Source: Vulcanimicrobiota bacterium
Lineage (GTDB): Bacteria > Vulcanimicrobiota > Vulcanimicrobiia > Vulcanimicrobiales > Vulcanimicrobiaceae
Length of the DNA: 64,000 nucleotides
Assembly (NCBI GenBank): GCA_963777315.1
Contig: CAVZQC010000002.1
Coordinates: 288,001 to 352,000, forward strand
Direction of reading: 5' to 3'
Shown here: piece by piece, positions 27,815-37,753 of the stretch
Layout: each line of letters starts with the position of its first letter
How positions within the stretch are numbered: position 1 is the first letter of the stretch
Notes under the pieces: model-generated
The model's input: the letters and a program-made list of their open reading frames with translations, nothing else
The model's database searches: none
What the model was told of the DNA's origin: nothing
Translations under genes and position numbers: made by a program

Positions 27815-29863
27815 ATGTTTCGTCGCATAATACCGGTCGCGGTCATCGTTTCATTGATGGGTGCCATGTGTCCGTCACCCGCGCTTGCGATGTCCACGCA
27901 AACCGAAATCGAAATGGGACGCCAGTACGATCAGCAGATCGTCGAGTCGAGCGTCATCGAAACCGACCCGCTGCTCAACCAGTGGGTGCAGAACGTCTCG
28001 AGCAAGTTGTGGGCGGAGACGGCGCGCAAGGACGTCCCGTACAACGTCAAGATCATCCAGGACAACGACATCAATGCGTTCTCGACGCTTGGCGGCTACG
28101 TGTACGTCAACTCGGGCCTGCTCGATTTCGTGCAGTCCGACGACGAGCTGGCCGGCGTAATCGGCCACGAAACGGGCCACATCGAGCGCCGTCACGCCGT
28201 CACGATGCAGACCAAGTCGCAGATTCTGGGTCTGCTGCTGGGAATCGCTTCGCTGTTCTCGCCGTTCATCTACAATTTCGGGAATTTGCTGCAGGCCGGC
28301 GCGATGGCCAAGATGTCGCGGCTGGACGAATTGCAGGCCGACCGCTACGGTTTGCTGCTCATGTCGCGCAGCGGGTACGATCCCGAAGCGATGCTCACGA
28401 TGCAGGAGCATTTGGGCGCGCTCGAAGGCCAGCACAACGATCTGGTGACCAAGTATTTTCAGGATCACCCCGGCTCGACCCAGCGCGTTTCTCATCTGCT
28501 CGGCTATCCCGAGCTCGATCCGACCAAAACGACCGCGCAGCAGCGATTGGTGTGGGCACTGCACGATCTCGACGAGGCCCGCTACAACGTCGCATCGCTC
28601 GAGCTCGATAAAGTGCTCAAAACCGATCCTTCCAACCAGCAGGCGTTGCTCGCGCAGGGACAAGCGCAGCTCGCACTGGGTCTGACCAGCAAGAGCCGCC
28701 AAACGTTGGGCGAGCTGGCGCAGAGCACGTCGCCCCAAGTCAAAGCCGTGGCGCAGGCACGCATTGAGGCGCTGCGCGCCATGGAAGTTCACAACGTCGA
28801 TCTGACGCGCCCCGATCTGTCCTCGCTCAATCAGAAGATGAAACAGGCGCTGGACGTGCAAACGCAGGCCGTCGCCCAGATCGGCACGCGTCACGACGAG
28901 GGCCACAACCAGCTCAAATCGCTTCAGCAGCGTTTGGAAACGATCGGGTACGAACTGCCCGACTTCAGCCGCATCGAAATCAAACGCGGTTCGCGCCTGG
29001 AAGCGGTTCAGCGCAGCCTCAACGGCATGGCGCGCTCGGTCAATAGCGCGATCGCCGACGCGAGCGCGGCCGTCGACGAGGTCGGTTCGGTAGACACCAA
29101 GACTAACCGGCCTACCGGGCTGCTCAGAGAAAATGCCGACATCCTCGCGCAGATGCAGGCGCCGCTCAAATCCGCGCCGATTCCATCGGAATCGATCGCG
29201 GTGTTTCCATCGTATCCGCAAACGTTTTCAGAACTCTCGGCCGCTGACGGCGACATGGTGCGCGCCGTGGATGCCGGCCGCGCCGCCGCGATGCAGCTCG
29301 ATCAGGGGTTGGGCGACTTGGACGCATTCGTCAAACGGCTGCAGCAGGTTCAGCTGAACTACTTCAACGACATCTCGCAGATGGACTACGATGCCCTGGT
29401 TCCGTACATGCAGAAAGCGCAGACTACGCTGGGGCAAGCCGCAGTATCGGCATCGCAAGCCGCGCAGCTGTACAACATGGCGCGTTCGCGCCAGCTGGCG
29501 GCCCGCATCACCGTGCTGGGTTTGGGGACTTCGCCGCAGCGGTACGCTACGCTCGCGCGCGCAATCAACGTGCGCTGGAACGTCGACGACCTGAGCTACA
29601 TCGACATGCTGCACGACAACGTAACGCCCGGCGAACTCACGGCTGCCTCGATAGTGGCTGCCGACACGCACACGACGCCGCAGGCAATCATCCGGGAAGC
29701 CCACGCGACCAACCGCAGCATCGTGGACGTGGCCAATGCCAAAGGCATGCACGCCCAGGCGCTGGAGATATTCCTGGGTCTGATCTATTTGGATTACACC
29801 GACGATCCGGCCAAAGAGGCGCACCCCGACGGCGGCCCTCCCGGACAAACGGGCAACGTTTAA
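27815..29863 (+). CDS. Exported M48 metallopeptidase with TPR and a long helical C-terminal region
   Basis: Signal peptide; INAF..GGYVYVNSG, HETGH, ELQAD, DHP; TPR-like helices. Confidence 0.88.
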   Translation: MFRRIIPVAVIVSLMGAMCPSPALAMSTQTEIEMGRQYDQQIVESSVIETDPLLNQWVQNVSSKLWAETARKDVPYNVKIIQDNDINAFSTLGGYVYVNSGLLDFVQSDDELAGVIGHETGHIERRHAVTMQTKSQILGLLLGIASLFSPFIYNFGNLLQAGAMAKMSRLDELQADRYGLLLMSRSGYDPEAMLTMQEHLGALEGQHNDLVTKYFQDHPGSTQRVSHLLGYPELDPTKTTAQQRLVWALHDLDEARYNVASLELDKVLKTDPSNQQALLAQGQAQLALGLTSKSRQTLGELAQSTSPQVKAVAQARIEALRAMEVHNVDLTRPDLSSLNQKMKQALDVQTQAVAQIGTRHDEGHNQLKSLQQRLETIGYELPDFSRIEIKRGSRLEAVQRSLNGMARSVNSAIADASAAVDEVGSVDTKTNRPTGLLRENADILAQMQAPLKSAPIPSESIAVFPSYPQTFSELSAADGDMVRAVDAGRAAAMQLDQGLGDLDAFVKRLQQVQLNYFNDISQMDYDALVPYMQKAQTTLGQAAVSASQAAQLYNMARSRQLAARITVLGLGTSPQRYATLARAINVRWNVDDLSYIDMLHDNVTPGELTAASIVAADTHTTPQAIIREAHATNRSIVDVANAKGMHAQALEIFLGLIYLDYTDDPAKEAHPDGGPPGQTGNV

Positions 29864-29887
29864 CCAGTAAGGAGCACAGCAAGCGGC

Positions 29888-30874
29888 ATGGCAACGGCAA
29901 CCGGCGACATCTTGCGCCTCGTTCGCAAAGGAATCGACGTGCGGTCGGTTCACACGAATACGCGCAAGCCGTTTCGCTTTTACCTGTGCGGCGATCCCGC
30001 GCTCGTTTCGGCCATGCGCGCGCTGCTGCTCTCGGGCCACACGGACGATTGCGTACCGCTCGACGCGGCCGCATGCCTTGAAACGATCGTTCCGGGAATA
30101 TCGCGAGCCGGCGTCGCCGGCGAAGCCCGGCTCATTCTGTTCCTGGGTCGCGGCGGCGATATCTCGGGCGCCACGATGGCGCCGCTGCGGCCGCTCAACC
30201 TGCCCATCATTGCGATTACCGTCGACGATCAGGCGCAGCCGTCAGGGCCCAGCGCTCCGCCGGTGCGCGGCGCATTCGCCGAATACACCGTCAACGCCAT
30301 TTCGCGTGAAGCGCTCAAAGGACGCGTATTCCCGCACATCGTCGAGTGTGCAAAGGGTTTGGAAACGGCAGTGGGACGCCGTCTGCCCGCGCTGCGCGAG
30401 GCGGTCGCGGCCAAACTGACGCGCGATGCCGCCAACAGTTCGCTCAAGATTGCGTTAGCCAGCGCAGTTGTTGATCACATTCCGGTCGTCGGGCTGGTGA
30501 TGGGCGTGTTTGCTTCAGCCGGCGACATGGTGGCAATCACGGGCATTCAGGTGATGCTGATGACGCGCATCGAAGCGGCGTACGGCAAGGATCCCGATCT
30601 GCAGCGGATCTGGCAGCTGCTTCCGGTGATCGGCGGCGGTTTCGGTTGGCGCACGCTCGCGCGCGAGCTGTCGGGCTTCATTCCGATAGCGGGCATCGCC
30701 ATAAAGGGCGCGATCGCGTATGCCGGCACGATCGTCGTGGGCGAAGGCGTCGCATTCTACTACGAGCAGGGGCGCCACATGAGCCCGCATCAGGCCAAAT
30801 CGATCTACGAGAGCACGCGCAGCGAAGCGCTCTCCTTCGCGCGCGATTTGCTCGGACGAATCACGAAGCGCTAA
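29888..30874 (+). CDS. Hypothetical protein with a DUF697/YcjF-like C-terminal membrane region
   Basis: HIPVVG..GDMVAITGIQVML..IEAAYG, GFGWRTLAREL, KGAIAYAGT; AGGAG RBS. Confidence 0.6.
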   Translation: MATATGDILRLVRKGIDVRSVHTNTRKPFRFYLCGDPALVSAMRALLLSGHTDDCVPLDAAACLETIVPGISRAGVAGEARLILFLGRGGDISGATMAPLRPLNLPIIAITVDDQAQPSGPSAPPVRGAFAEYTVNAISREALKGRVFPHIVECAKGLETAVGRRLPALREAVAAKLTRDAANSSLKIALASAVVDHIPVVGLVMGVFASAGDMVAITGIQVMLMTRIEAAYGKDPDLQRIWQLLPVIGGGFGWRTLARELSGFIPIAGIAIKGAIAYAGTIVVGEGVAFYYEQGRHMSPHQAKSIYESTRSEALSFARDLLGRITKR

Positions 30875-31598
30875 GGCGCGTGAGCAGTTCCTCGTCGGGC
30901 AAGCTCTGCAGATCGTACGATACGCGCTGCCGGATGCGCGCGGCGATGCGCGCGGCCATCTGCGCGCGTACGGCCGGCGCGAGCGCCGTGCGGCGGGCAA
31001 CGAACGCGTCGACGATCGCGTGTTCGCGTTCGGTCAGCATTCCCGCGTGCGGCTCCTGCTGCGACTGCTGCATCAAACGCGCGAGCGATGCGATTGCCGA
31101 ATCCCGCACGACGATCGTTCCCGCCGCCATGTCGCCCAGCCGTTTGTTTTCCGGAGAGGCAACGCACGCAACGGCGCTGACGGCGTAGAAACCGGCTGTC
31201 GCTTCGCCGACGCGTATCAGGTTGCGCACCACCGCACCGGTGAAGTCCAAAGCATATCCGCCGTCGCGCACCACGCGCAATCCCATCGCGCTTTTCCCCG
31301 GCGTGCGTCCGTTCCAAAATGCTTCGAAGACGATGAAGTATCCGAAGAACACGCCGAACACCAGCGCTGCAATCACCGCAATTGCCAGCGAGCGCGCCAC
31401 CTTGGACGTTTCGGCTGCGGCGATGCGGGCTCCGGAGTCGTGTCCGGCCAGCAGCGCAATTCCCCACAGAATGGCTGCGAAGATCGCTGCCTGAATGAGC
31501 AGGTCGATGACGACCGCCAAAAAGCGGCTGCCCAAACCGGCCAGTTCGTACGAAAACGCGATGCTCTCAGGCGTCTGCACTTCCAGCGTGCGATCCAT
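30861..31598 (-). CDS. RDD family membrane protein
   Basis: TPE...AGLGSRFLAVVID, GRTPGK..GLRVV, RLGDMAAGT. Confidence 0.92.
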   Translation of the reverse strand: MDRTLEVQTPESIAFSYELAGLGSRFLAVVIDLLIQAAIFAAILWGIALLAGHDSGARIAAAETSKVARSLAIAVIAALVFGVFFGYFIVFEAFWNGRTPGKSAMGLRVVRDGGYALDFTGAVVRNLIRVGEATAGFYAVSAVACVASPENKRLGDMAAGTIVVRDSAIASLARLMQQSQQEPHAGMLTEREHAIVDAFVARRTALAPAVRAQMAARIAARIRQRVSYDLQSLPDEELLTRLSAS

Positions 31599-31681
31599 GC
31601 TGAAGCAAGTTCTTCAGCGCGGGCGAAGCCTCCGGTCCGGCTTGAGGACAAATCGCGGGCGCGCCCGAACGATCCGCCGGC

Positions 31682-32725
31682 ATGAATCAGCGAGCTTTCG
31701 TGCGCAAACGCGTACGCGCGTGGGAACGGTTGGAACTGTTGGCTTCGCGCGCCGGCAAGGGCGGCTTGCGCAGCCTGAACGCGAACGAGCTGTTCGAGCT
31801 GGGCCGCTTATACCGCTGGGTCACGTCGGATTTAGCCTACGCGCAAGGGCGGCGCTTCGATGCGCGGCTGCTGCACTATTTGAATCGTTTGACTGCGCGA
31901 GCGCACGCGTTCGTCTACGGCTCGTCCGTCGAGACCAGCCGTGCGCGAATAGTGCGGTTTTTTGCGCGCACGTTTCCGCAGGAGTGCCGGGACTGCCGTT
32001 TCTTCATCGGAACGTGCATCGCACTGACCGTCTTATGGGCCTGCATCGCATACGCCATCGTTTCGCACAACCCATCGGACGCAAACGCGCTTTTGCCGCA
32101 GTGGCTGGTTCCGGCGCACATCACCAAGAGTCTGCACGATTCCAACTTTGCTTTCGGACCCGAGCAATCGGCCGAAATGTCGTCGCTGATCATCACCAAT
32201 AACATTCGGGTGGCGATTCTGACTTTTGCCTTCGGAATCGTTACGCTGGGAACGGCGACGATCTATCTGATCGTTTTCAACGCGCTCATGCTCGGAGCGC
32301 TCGGAGCGCTGTACGCGCAAGCGGGCTTCGGCACGGACTTCTGGGCTACGGTCGCGCCGCACGGTTTCATCGAACTCATGGCCATTCAAATCGCCGGGGG
32401 CGCCGGGCTGCTGCTGGCCTCGAGCGTTCTGCTTCCCGGACGGCTTCGGCGCCGGGACGCGCTCGCGCGCAACGGCCGGCGAGCCGGCGTGCTGCTGGGC
32501 GGCGTCGTGGCGATGCTGTGCGTTGCCGGTACGATCGAGGGCTTTTTTTCCCCGCTGCGGTTTTCGGCCGACGTTCGCGCCGGCGTGGGCGCGTTCACGG
32601 CTCTGGCGATGATTGCGTACTTTGGTTTCGCCGGCCGGGAACGCGCCGCAACGAGTCCCATTTTGGCGCTGCGGCGTCGAGCACGGCCCAAAGCGAGCAA
32701 GTCCCGTCGCTCAAGGCCCACGTGA
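31682..32725 (+). CDS. SpoIIM/DUF95 family membrane protein
   Basis: WERLE, LYR..SDLA, YLNRL, IITNNIRV, PHGFIEL, AGTIEGF. Confidence 0.9.
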   Translation: MNQRAFVRKRVRAWERLELLASRAGKGGLRSLNANELFELGRLYRWVTSDLAYAQGRRFDARLLHYLNRLTARAHAFVYGSSVETSRARIVRFFARTFPQECRDCRFFIGTCIALTVLWACIAYAIVSHNPSDANALLPQWLVPAHITKSLHDSNFAFGPEQSAEMSSLIITNNIRVAILTFAFGIVTLGTATIYLIVFNALMLGALGALYAQAGFGTDFWATVAPHGFIELMAIQIAGGAGLLLASSVLLPGRLRRRDALARNGRRAGVLLGGVVAMLCVAGTIEGFFSPLRFSADVRAGVGAFTALAMIAYFGFAGRERAATSPILALRRRARPKASKSRRSRPT

Positions 32726-32767
32726 AGCGCAAGCGGGTTTTCGGGATGCCGCCGTTCGTATGTCCCG

Positions 32768-34108
32768 TTACAGCTCGCCGCGTTGTTTGATCCGCAGGTA
32801 CTGATCCAGCAGCGCTACCGTGAGATCGTGCGCCGGAACGTCGATGACGTGCACGCCGAGCCGCGTCAACGTTGCCGCCGCTGCACGGCGTTCGTCGCGC
32901 AATTCCAGCGCCACGCCCGCGGCGTAAACTTGCGCCGCCGTCTCGGCCCGCGTCTCGAGCGCCGTGTCGATCGCGGCGTCGTTCATGAACGCGCACACGA
33001 CCAGGTGCTGCCGGCAGAGCGTTGCAATTTGCGAAAGCACCGAGCTTTGCGAAACGGGGTCGACCATGTCGGTGAAAAACACGATGAGGCTGCGTTTGCG
33101 CACGTGCGTGCGCACGTACGCGAAAGCGCGATCGTAGTCGGACTGCTCGAAGCGCGGCTCGAGATCGTGAATCGCCTGAGCGACACGTTCCGGAGAGCGT
33201 CCGCTCGCCCGGGGCGCGAACGCGCGAAAAATCTCGGCCGCGAATGCGACCACGCCGACCTTGTCGTTCGCCAGTGAGGCCACGGATGCAACGGACAACG
33301 CAGCCGTAACCGCGTAATCGAATTTGCGGCGATCGTTCACGCGCGGCGTCATCAGCCGGCCGGCATCCAGGACGATCATGATGTTTTGGCTGCGTTCGAC
33401 TTCATATTGAGCGACCATGATCTTGCCGCGGCGCGCGGTGGCTTTCCAGTCGATCGATCGGAACGGATCTCCCGCGTTCCACTCACGCGCGCTTTCCGGC
33501 TGCGTGCCGCCGCCGCGCAGACGCATTCGCCTCAGGCCCGCCTCGATGAACCGGTTGCGCGCGTGCAGCGAACCATACCGGGCGACGGCCGACAAGTCGG
33601 GATAGACGCGAATGGGCGCGATAGCGCGACGCTTTTGCCGGCGCCGCACCAGACCGATTGAACCGGTGATTGAAATGAAGATCGCCGTCAACCCATCGGA
33701 ACCGCGTGCGACCGGAGTCACCGGGCGCTCGATGAGCGTTTCGTCGTGCGGGGCTGCTATGCCGCTGCATTCGTCGACGTCGAAGCGCAGCAACGGCGTC
33801 GGCGCTTCGATGAGCGCGACGGCGACGCGCCCGGACGCGCGATTGCGCACGCGGTATGCGATTCGCTCGGCGCGCAGCAGCGAAAACAGCTCCAACGGCA
33901 AACGTTCGACGTCGACGTCGCTCAGTCGCGGACCCGAAAGCAGATCGATTGCCAGCGCCGCGGCAAACCCGGCCGCGACGGCGATCCCGGCCCACCACAA
34001 CGGCGCAACCGCGGAGCCTGCGGCGCACAGCACCGCGGCGATTGCCAAGGTGGAATATGCACGCGGCGCGAGCCAGACCGATGCACGCAGCGAATCACGC
34101 CGGTTCAC
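32768..34108 (-). CDS. DUF58 (VWA-like) protein
   Basis: N-terminal TMs, RVYP, GD.FRSIDWKATAR, LDAGRLM, DKVG, FFTD; GTG start at 34108. Confidence 0.9.
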   Translation of the reverse strand: MNRRDSLRASVWLAPRAYSTLAIAAVLCAAGSAVAPLWWAGIAVAAGFAAALAIDLLSGPRLSDVDVERLPLELFSLLRAERIAYRVRNRASGRVAVALIEAPTPLLRFDVDECSGIAAPHDETLIERPVTPVARGSDGLTAIFISITGSIGLVRRRQKRRAIAPIRVYPDLSAVARYGSLHARNRFIEAGLRRMRLRGGGTQPESAREWNAGDPFRSIDWKATARRGKIMVAQYEVERSQNIMIVLDAGRLMTPRVNDRRKFDYAVTAALSVASVASLANDKVGVVAFAAEIFRAFAPRASGRSPERVAQAIHDLEPRFEQSDYDRAFAYVRTHVRKRSLIVFFTDMVDPVSQSSVLSQIATLCRQHLVVCAFMNDAAIDTALETRAETAAQVYAAGVALELRDERRAAAATLTRLGVHVIDVPAHDLTVALLDQYLRIKQRGEL

Positions 34109-35060
34109 GCGGCACCGCGACGGCGCGGAGCACGTCATCGACGACGGCGACGGCGCGCACGCCGTCGATTTCAGCTTGCGGAGCGACGATCAGCCGATGC
34201 GCCAGCACCAGCGGCGCAACTCGTTTCACGTCGTCGGGCGTGGCGTAATCGCGCGCATCGATCGCGGCCGCAGCTTGTGCGGCGGCAAGCAGCGAAACGC
34301 CGGCGCGCGGACTGGCGCCCAACGACAAGCGCCGGTGAGCGCGCGTGGCTTCCACCAGATCGAGCACGTAGCGCTGCACCGCCGTCGACACGTGGACGCG
34401 GCGCACTTCGGCCTGCACGGCAAGCGTTTCGGCCGGGTCGCTGACCGCCGTAACGGCGTTCGGCTCTACGGCCCGAGCATCAAAACCGCCCGCGACGCGC
34501 GCGAGCAATTCCAATTCGGCTTCGCGCGCCGGATACGTCGAGTCGATCTTGACGAGAAATCGATCGAGCTGCGCTTCGGGCAAGGGATACGTTCCTTCAT
34601 ATTCGATCGGATTCTGCGTCGCGCACACGAAGAACGGCGCCGGCAAGGACAGCGGCGTACCGTCGATCGTCACGCGAGCTTCTTCCATCGCTTCCAGCAG
34701 CGCAGCCTGGGTTTTGGGCGGCGTGCGGTTGATTTCGTCGGCAAGCAGCACGTTGGTGACGATGGGGCCGGGCCGCAACGAAAATTGCGCGTTTTGCGGA
34801 TTGAACACCATCGTTCCGACCAGATCGGATGGAAGCAAATCGGGCGTGAACTGCACGCGGCGGTATTGCGAACCGAGCAGCGACGCCAGGGCGCGCACGG
34901 CGAGCGTCTTGCCCGTTCCCGGCACGCCCTCGATCAGCGCGTGGCCGCGCGCGAATAGTGCAACCAGCAATCCGAACGTCGTCGCTTGACCGCCGACGAT
35001 AATCTCCGCCATGGCGGCGTCGATGCGCTTTGCGACCTCGGCGGCGCCCGCGGTTACCAT
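34095..35060 (-). CDS. MoxR family AAA+ ATPase
   Basis: GVPGTGKT, RVQFTPDLLPSD, DEINRTPPKTQAALLE, NPIEYEGTYPLPEAQLDRF. Confidence 0.95.
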   Translation of the reverse strand: MVTAGAAEVAKRIDAAMAEIIVGGQATTFGLLVALFARGHALIEGVPGTGKTLAVRALASLLGSQYRRVQFTPDLLPSDLVGTMVFNPQNAQFSLRPGPIVTNVLLADEINRTPPKTQAALLEAMEEARVTIDGTPLSLPAPFFVCATQNPIEYEGTYPLPEAQLDRFLVKIDSTYPAREAELELLARVAGGFDARAVEPNAVTAVSDPAETLAVQAEVRRVHVSTAVQRYVLDLVEATRAHRRLSLGASPRAGVSLLAAAQAAAAIDARDYATPDDVKRVAPLVLAHRLIVAPQAEIDGVRAVAVVDDVLRAVAVPREPA

Positions 35061-36130
35061 TCGTACTCCTTGCGCGTGCGAACGAAAAGCCGGCCCGCCG
35101 CAAGCAAATCCGGCGTGCCCGGATGCGGGAGCGCGCGCAGTTTCGCGGCTTGCTCGAGCAGGTCGCGCGCGTGCGCGTCTTCTTTTGCGCGCGGTGCGGC
35201 CGCGTGCACGACCCAGCCGCACAGCCGATCGATCACGCCGCGCCGGGCGCGTGCGCGTTCGAGCATCCGCGCCAGCGATGCGACGTACTCGCTCGAATCG
35301 CGCTCCTGGGCACCCGCGGGAATATGCGCCGGCGCGAACGGCACATTTTCACCGGCGATGGCCAGTAACGCCGCAACGCAGGCGATAATCACGCCCACGC
35401 GCATGGGAAGCGGCAATACCTGCCAGAAGCTGCGTCCGGATGCGTGCCCGTATATCCGTTCTTCGAATGCGACGATGCCGTGATTCGACAGTGCGGCGTA
35501 GGCGAAAGCCGCGTTGCCCTGCAGCGCCAAATGGGCGTTGTCCAGCAGCGCCGGCGTGGTTGCGAAAACGACCGTGCCCCGCCCGCGGCGGTACGCCAGC
35601 GCGACGGCGCGCGTTCCGGCCCGCAGCAGGGTGCTCCGAGTGTGGGTGCACGCGACCGCGGCGCCTTGCGTAAAGCGCGCGGCGGCCGTTATACCGCGCG
35701 CAGTCAGACCGCAGCCGGCCCGCGCCCGCACGGCATTCAGCGGCGCCAGACGCGGCAGAGCGAGCGCCGCTGCGGCGGCACGCGGTACGCGCCCGAATAT
35801 TGCCAACGTTCCTCCGCGGCGCACCCACGCGTCGAGCGCGCTGCGCTGTTCTCGTGAAACGGCCATGCGCGCAAGCGCATCGTCGCCGGCGACCAGGAGC
35901 GTTCCGCGCGCGGCAAAGAGCTGAGAAAAAGGCTGCTCGAAACGGTCGACCGCCACGCCTTCGCGGGCCAGCAGCGCGTAGACCGCGGCGTAGCCGTTCG
36001 CGCCCGTATCGTACGTCGACGGCGAGGATTGCGGCGCTTGCGACAAGGACGCGCGAAGCGAAAGCACGGCAAGCACCGCAATCGCCAGCGCCAAAAGCGC
36101 GACGTCCGCGATGCGGTTACGCGGCATCAT
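35054..36130 (-). CDS. DUF4350 domain membrane protein
   Basis: PSTY...NG.AA.Y.LL, WV..GG.L, GRGTV...LLDN, C-terminal TM and EYV.SLA; typical MoxR-cluster position. Confidence 0.75.
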   Translation of the reverse strand: MMPRNRIADVALLALAIAVLAVLSLRASLSQAPQSSPSTYDTGANGYAAVYALLAREGVAVDRFEQPFSQLFAARGTLLVAGDDALARMAVSREQRSALDAWVRRGGTLAIFGRVPRAAAAALALPRLAPLNAVRARAGCGLTARGITAAARFTQGAAVACTHTRSTLLRAGTRAVALAYRRGRGTVVFATTPALLDNAHLALQGNAAFAYAALSNHGIVAFEERIYGHASGRSFWQVLPLPMRVGVIIACVAALLAIAGENVPFAPAHIPAGAQERDSSEYVASLARMLERARARRGVIDRLCGWVVHAAAPRAKEDAHARDLLEQAAKLRALPHPGTPDLLAAGRLFVRTRKEYEW

Positions 36131-36785
36131 CGGCTGCGCGCGCGAGCTGAGCGTACGCGCGGTGCGCCGCGTCCCACTGCCCGGCCGTCACGCGAGCGTC
36201 GGCATACACTACCGCGGTAAAGACCCACGCCAGCGCTTCGAACGGCGCGGCCGCGCGCGGAGCGTGTGCGCGCACCTGCATTCGGCACTCGTTTACCGTC
36301 CGGCTGGGCTCGTCGTGCACGATGCCGCGGACGTCGAGTGCACCCAACCCGGCGCGAAACAGCAGCGCGATTGCAGCGGCATATTCACCGAGCTCGGCGC
36401 AGCGCACGCTTTGCGCGTACAGAGCCTCGGCCGTACGAGGCGGCAAATTTTCTCGCGGGACACGCACGTTGTGGTTAGCGTCTCGAACGGCGCCGGACAG
36501 CAGCCGGACGGTGACGATCAGCACGACGCACGCCGCCAGCGCAAGGACCACGTCGCCGGCTGCAACGCTGGTTTTTGCGCCGACGTGCACGTGCGCGGCG
36601 AACGCGTCGATCAACTGTTTCCACCGATCGGCCAGCCACGCGGTAACGGCGTCCCACCACGTTTTGCGCGCGGGGGCCGCAAGGTGCATGCGAAAGCGCG
36701 CTTGCGAAAGAATGGAGCGCGCCAGCCACTGCGGATCGATGGGCGGCCGCTGCGCGCCGAACTGCGGCAGGCCGCCGGCCGTCAT
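36117..36785 (-). CDS. DUF4129 domain protein
   Basis: IL.Q.RF, one TM, GEYAAAI, PSRTVNE, F..VVY; typical MoxR-cluster position. Confidence 0.75.
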   Translation of the reverse strand: MTAGGLPQFGAQRPPIDPQWLARSILSQARFRMHLAAPARKTWWDAVTAWLADRWKQLIDAFAAHVHVGAKTSVAAGDVVLALAACVVLIVTVRLLSGAVRDANHNVRVPRENLPPRTAEALYAQSVRCAELGEYAAAIALLFRAGLGALDVRGIVHDEPSRTVNECRMQVRAHAPRAAAPFEALAWVFTAVVYADARVTAGQWDAAHRAYAQLARAADDAA

Positions 36786-37714
36786 GCTTGAGGCTCGGCA
36801 AGCCGATCGATTTCAGCCTGCATGTCCAATCCCTCGCGACGAACGCGCACGTCGAAATAGTACACCGCGATCAGCACGCCGATGAATCCCGTTGCGGCGA
36901 TCGAGATCGCCGCTTGCACCACCGTCACGACGACCGGCTGGCGCACGAACGTCTGGATCAGCATTTCGACCACCCCTGCGACGATCGCCAAGCCGATTTC
37001 GACGGCAACGAATGCAAGACAGATCAGCACCGCCTTGCCGAGCTCGCTGCGGTTGAACACTCGTGCGAATCCTTGCGGCACGGCTTTACCGAACGGCGCC
37101 TGTTCGATGCCGATTGCGACGAACGCCAGCGCGAGCGCCAGATAGCAGAGCATCATGCACAGGATAAAGGCCACGAACAGGGCGATCGCCACGATGAACG
37201 CCACGACTCCCAGCGGAGCGGAAAGACGCACGAGCAAATACGCGGCTACGAATGCCAGGCTCATGACGAAGGCACCCACGAACGCGATCGTCAGGACGAT
37301 TGCAAGCTGACAAAACAGGGTGGCCAAAATGCCGCCGGCATGGCGAAGCGCCACGCCGTACGCCTGCCGCCAGTCCGTCGCCTCACCATCGTAGATGCGA
37401 CCCACAGCCGACGCCATGGCGACGTACATGAACGGCGTCATCAGCACCGAGACGGCGATGAACGCAACGAACCACGGCCCGAACGGCGTCGCCGGCGCGG
37501 CCCCCGTCGGATGCTGCACCTGCTGCAGTATCTGCGCCCAGGTACCCGTGCTCTGCACGGAAACGAAGTATTCCGCCACGCTCATCGGGACGACGACGAA
37601 CGCGGCGACGATCGCGAACAGCACGAAGTTGCGCACGTAAAGCGTGACTGCGCGGTCGAAGATCTCCCCGATTCCGAGCGGCCGGAGTTGCACGGGTTCG
37701 AACGCAGCGCCCAT
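36782..37714 (-). CDS. Integral membrane protein of the MoxR cluster
   Basis: LRPLGIGEIFDRA..LY..NF; ~6 TMs; YFDVRVRREGLD. Confidence 0.8.
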   Translation of the reverse strand: MGAAFEPVQLRPLGIGEIFDRAVTLYVRNFVLFAIVAAFVVVPMSVAEYFVSVQSTGTWAQILQQVQHPTGAAPATPFGPWFVAFIAVSVLMTPFMYVAMASAVGRIYDGEATDWRQAYGVALRHAGGILATLFCQLAIVLTIAFVGAFVMSLAFVAAYLLVRLSAPLGVVAFIVAIALFVAFILCMMLCYLALALAFVAIGIEQAPFGKAVPQGFARVFNRSELGKAVLICLAFVAVEIGLAIVAGVVEMLIQTFVRQPVVVTVVQAAISIAATGFIGVLIAVYYFDVRVRREGLDMQAEIDRLAEPQA

Positions 37715-37753
37715 GCGCGCGGGTTCTTGAGGATTCTGCGCGGCTCCTATAGT

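Noticed and set aside
31682..32725. Evidence of sporulation from the SpoIIM-family gene
   Set aside because: This DUF95-type subfamily belongs to MoxR/RDD clusters in non-sporulating bacteria, and no other sporulation genes are present.
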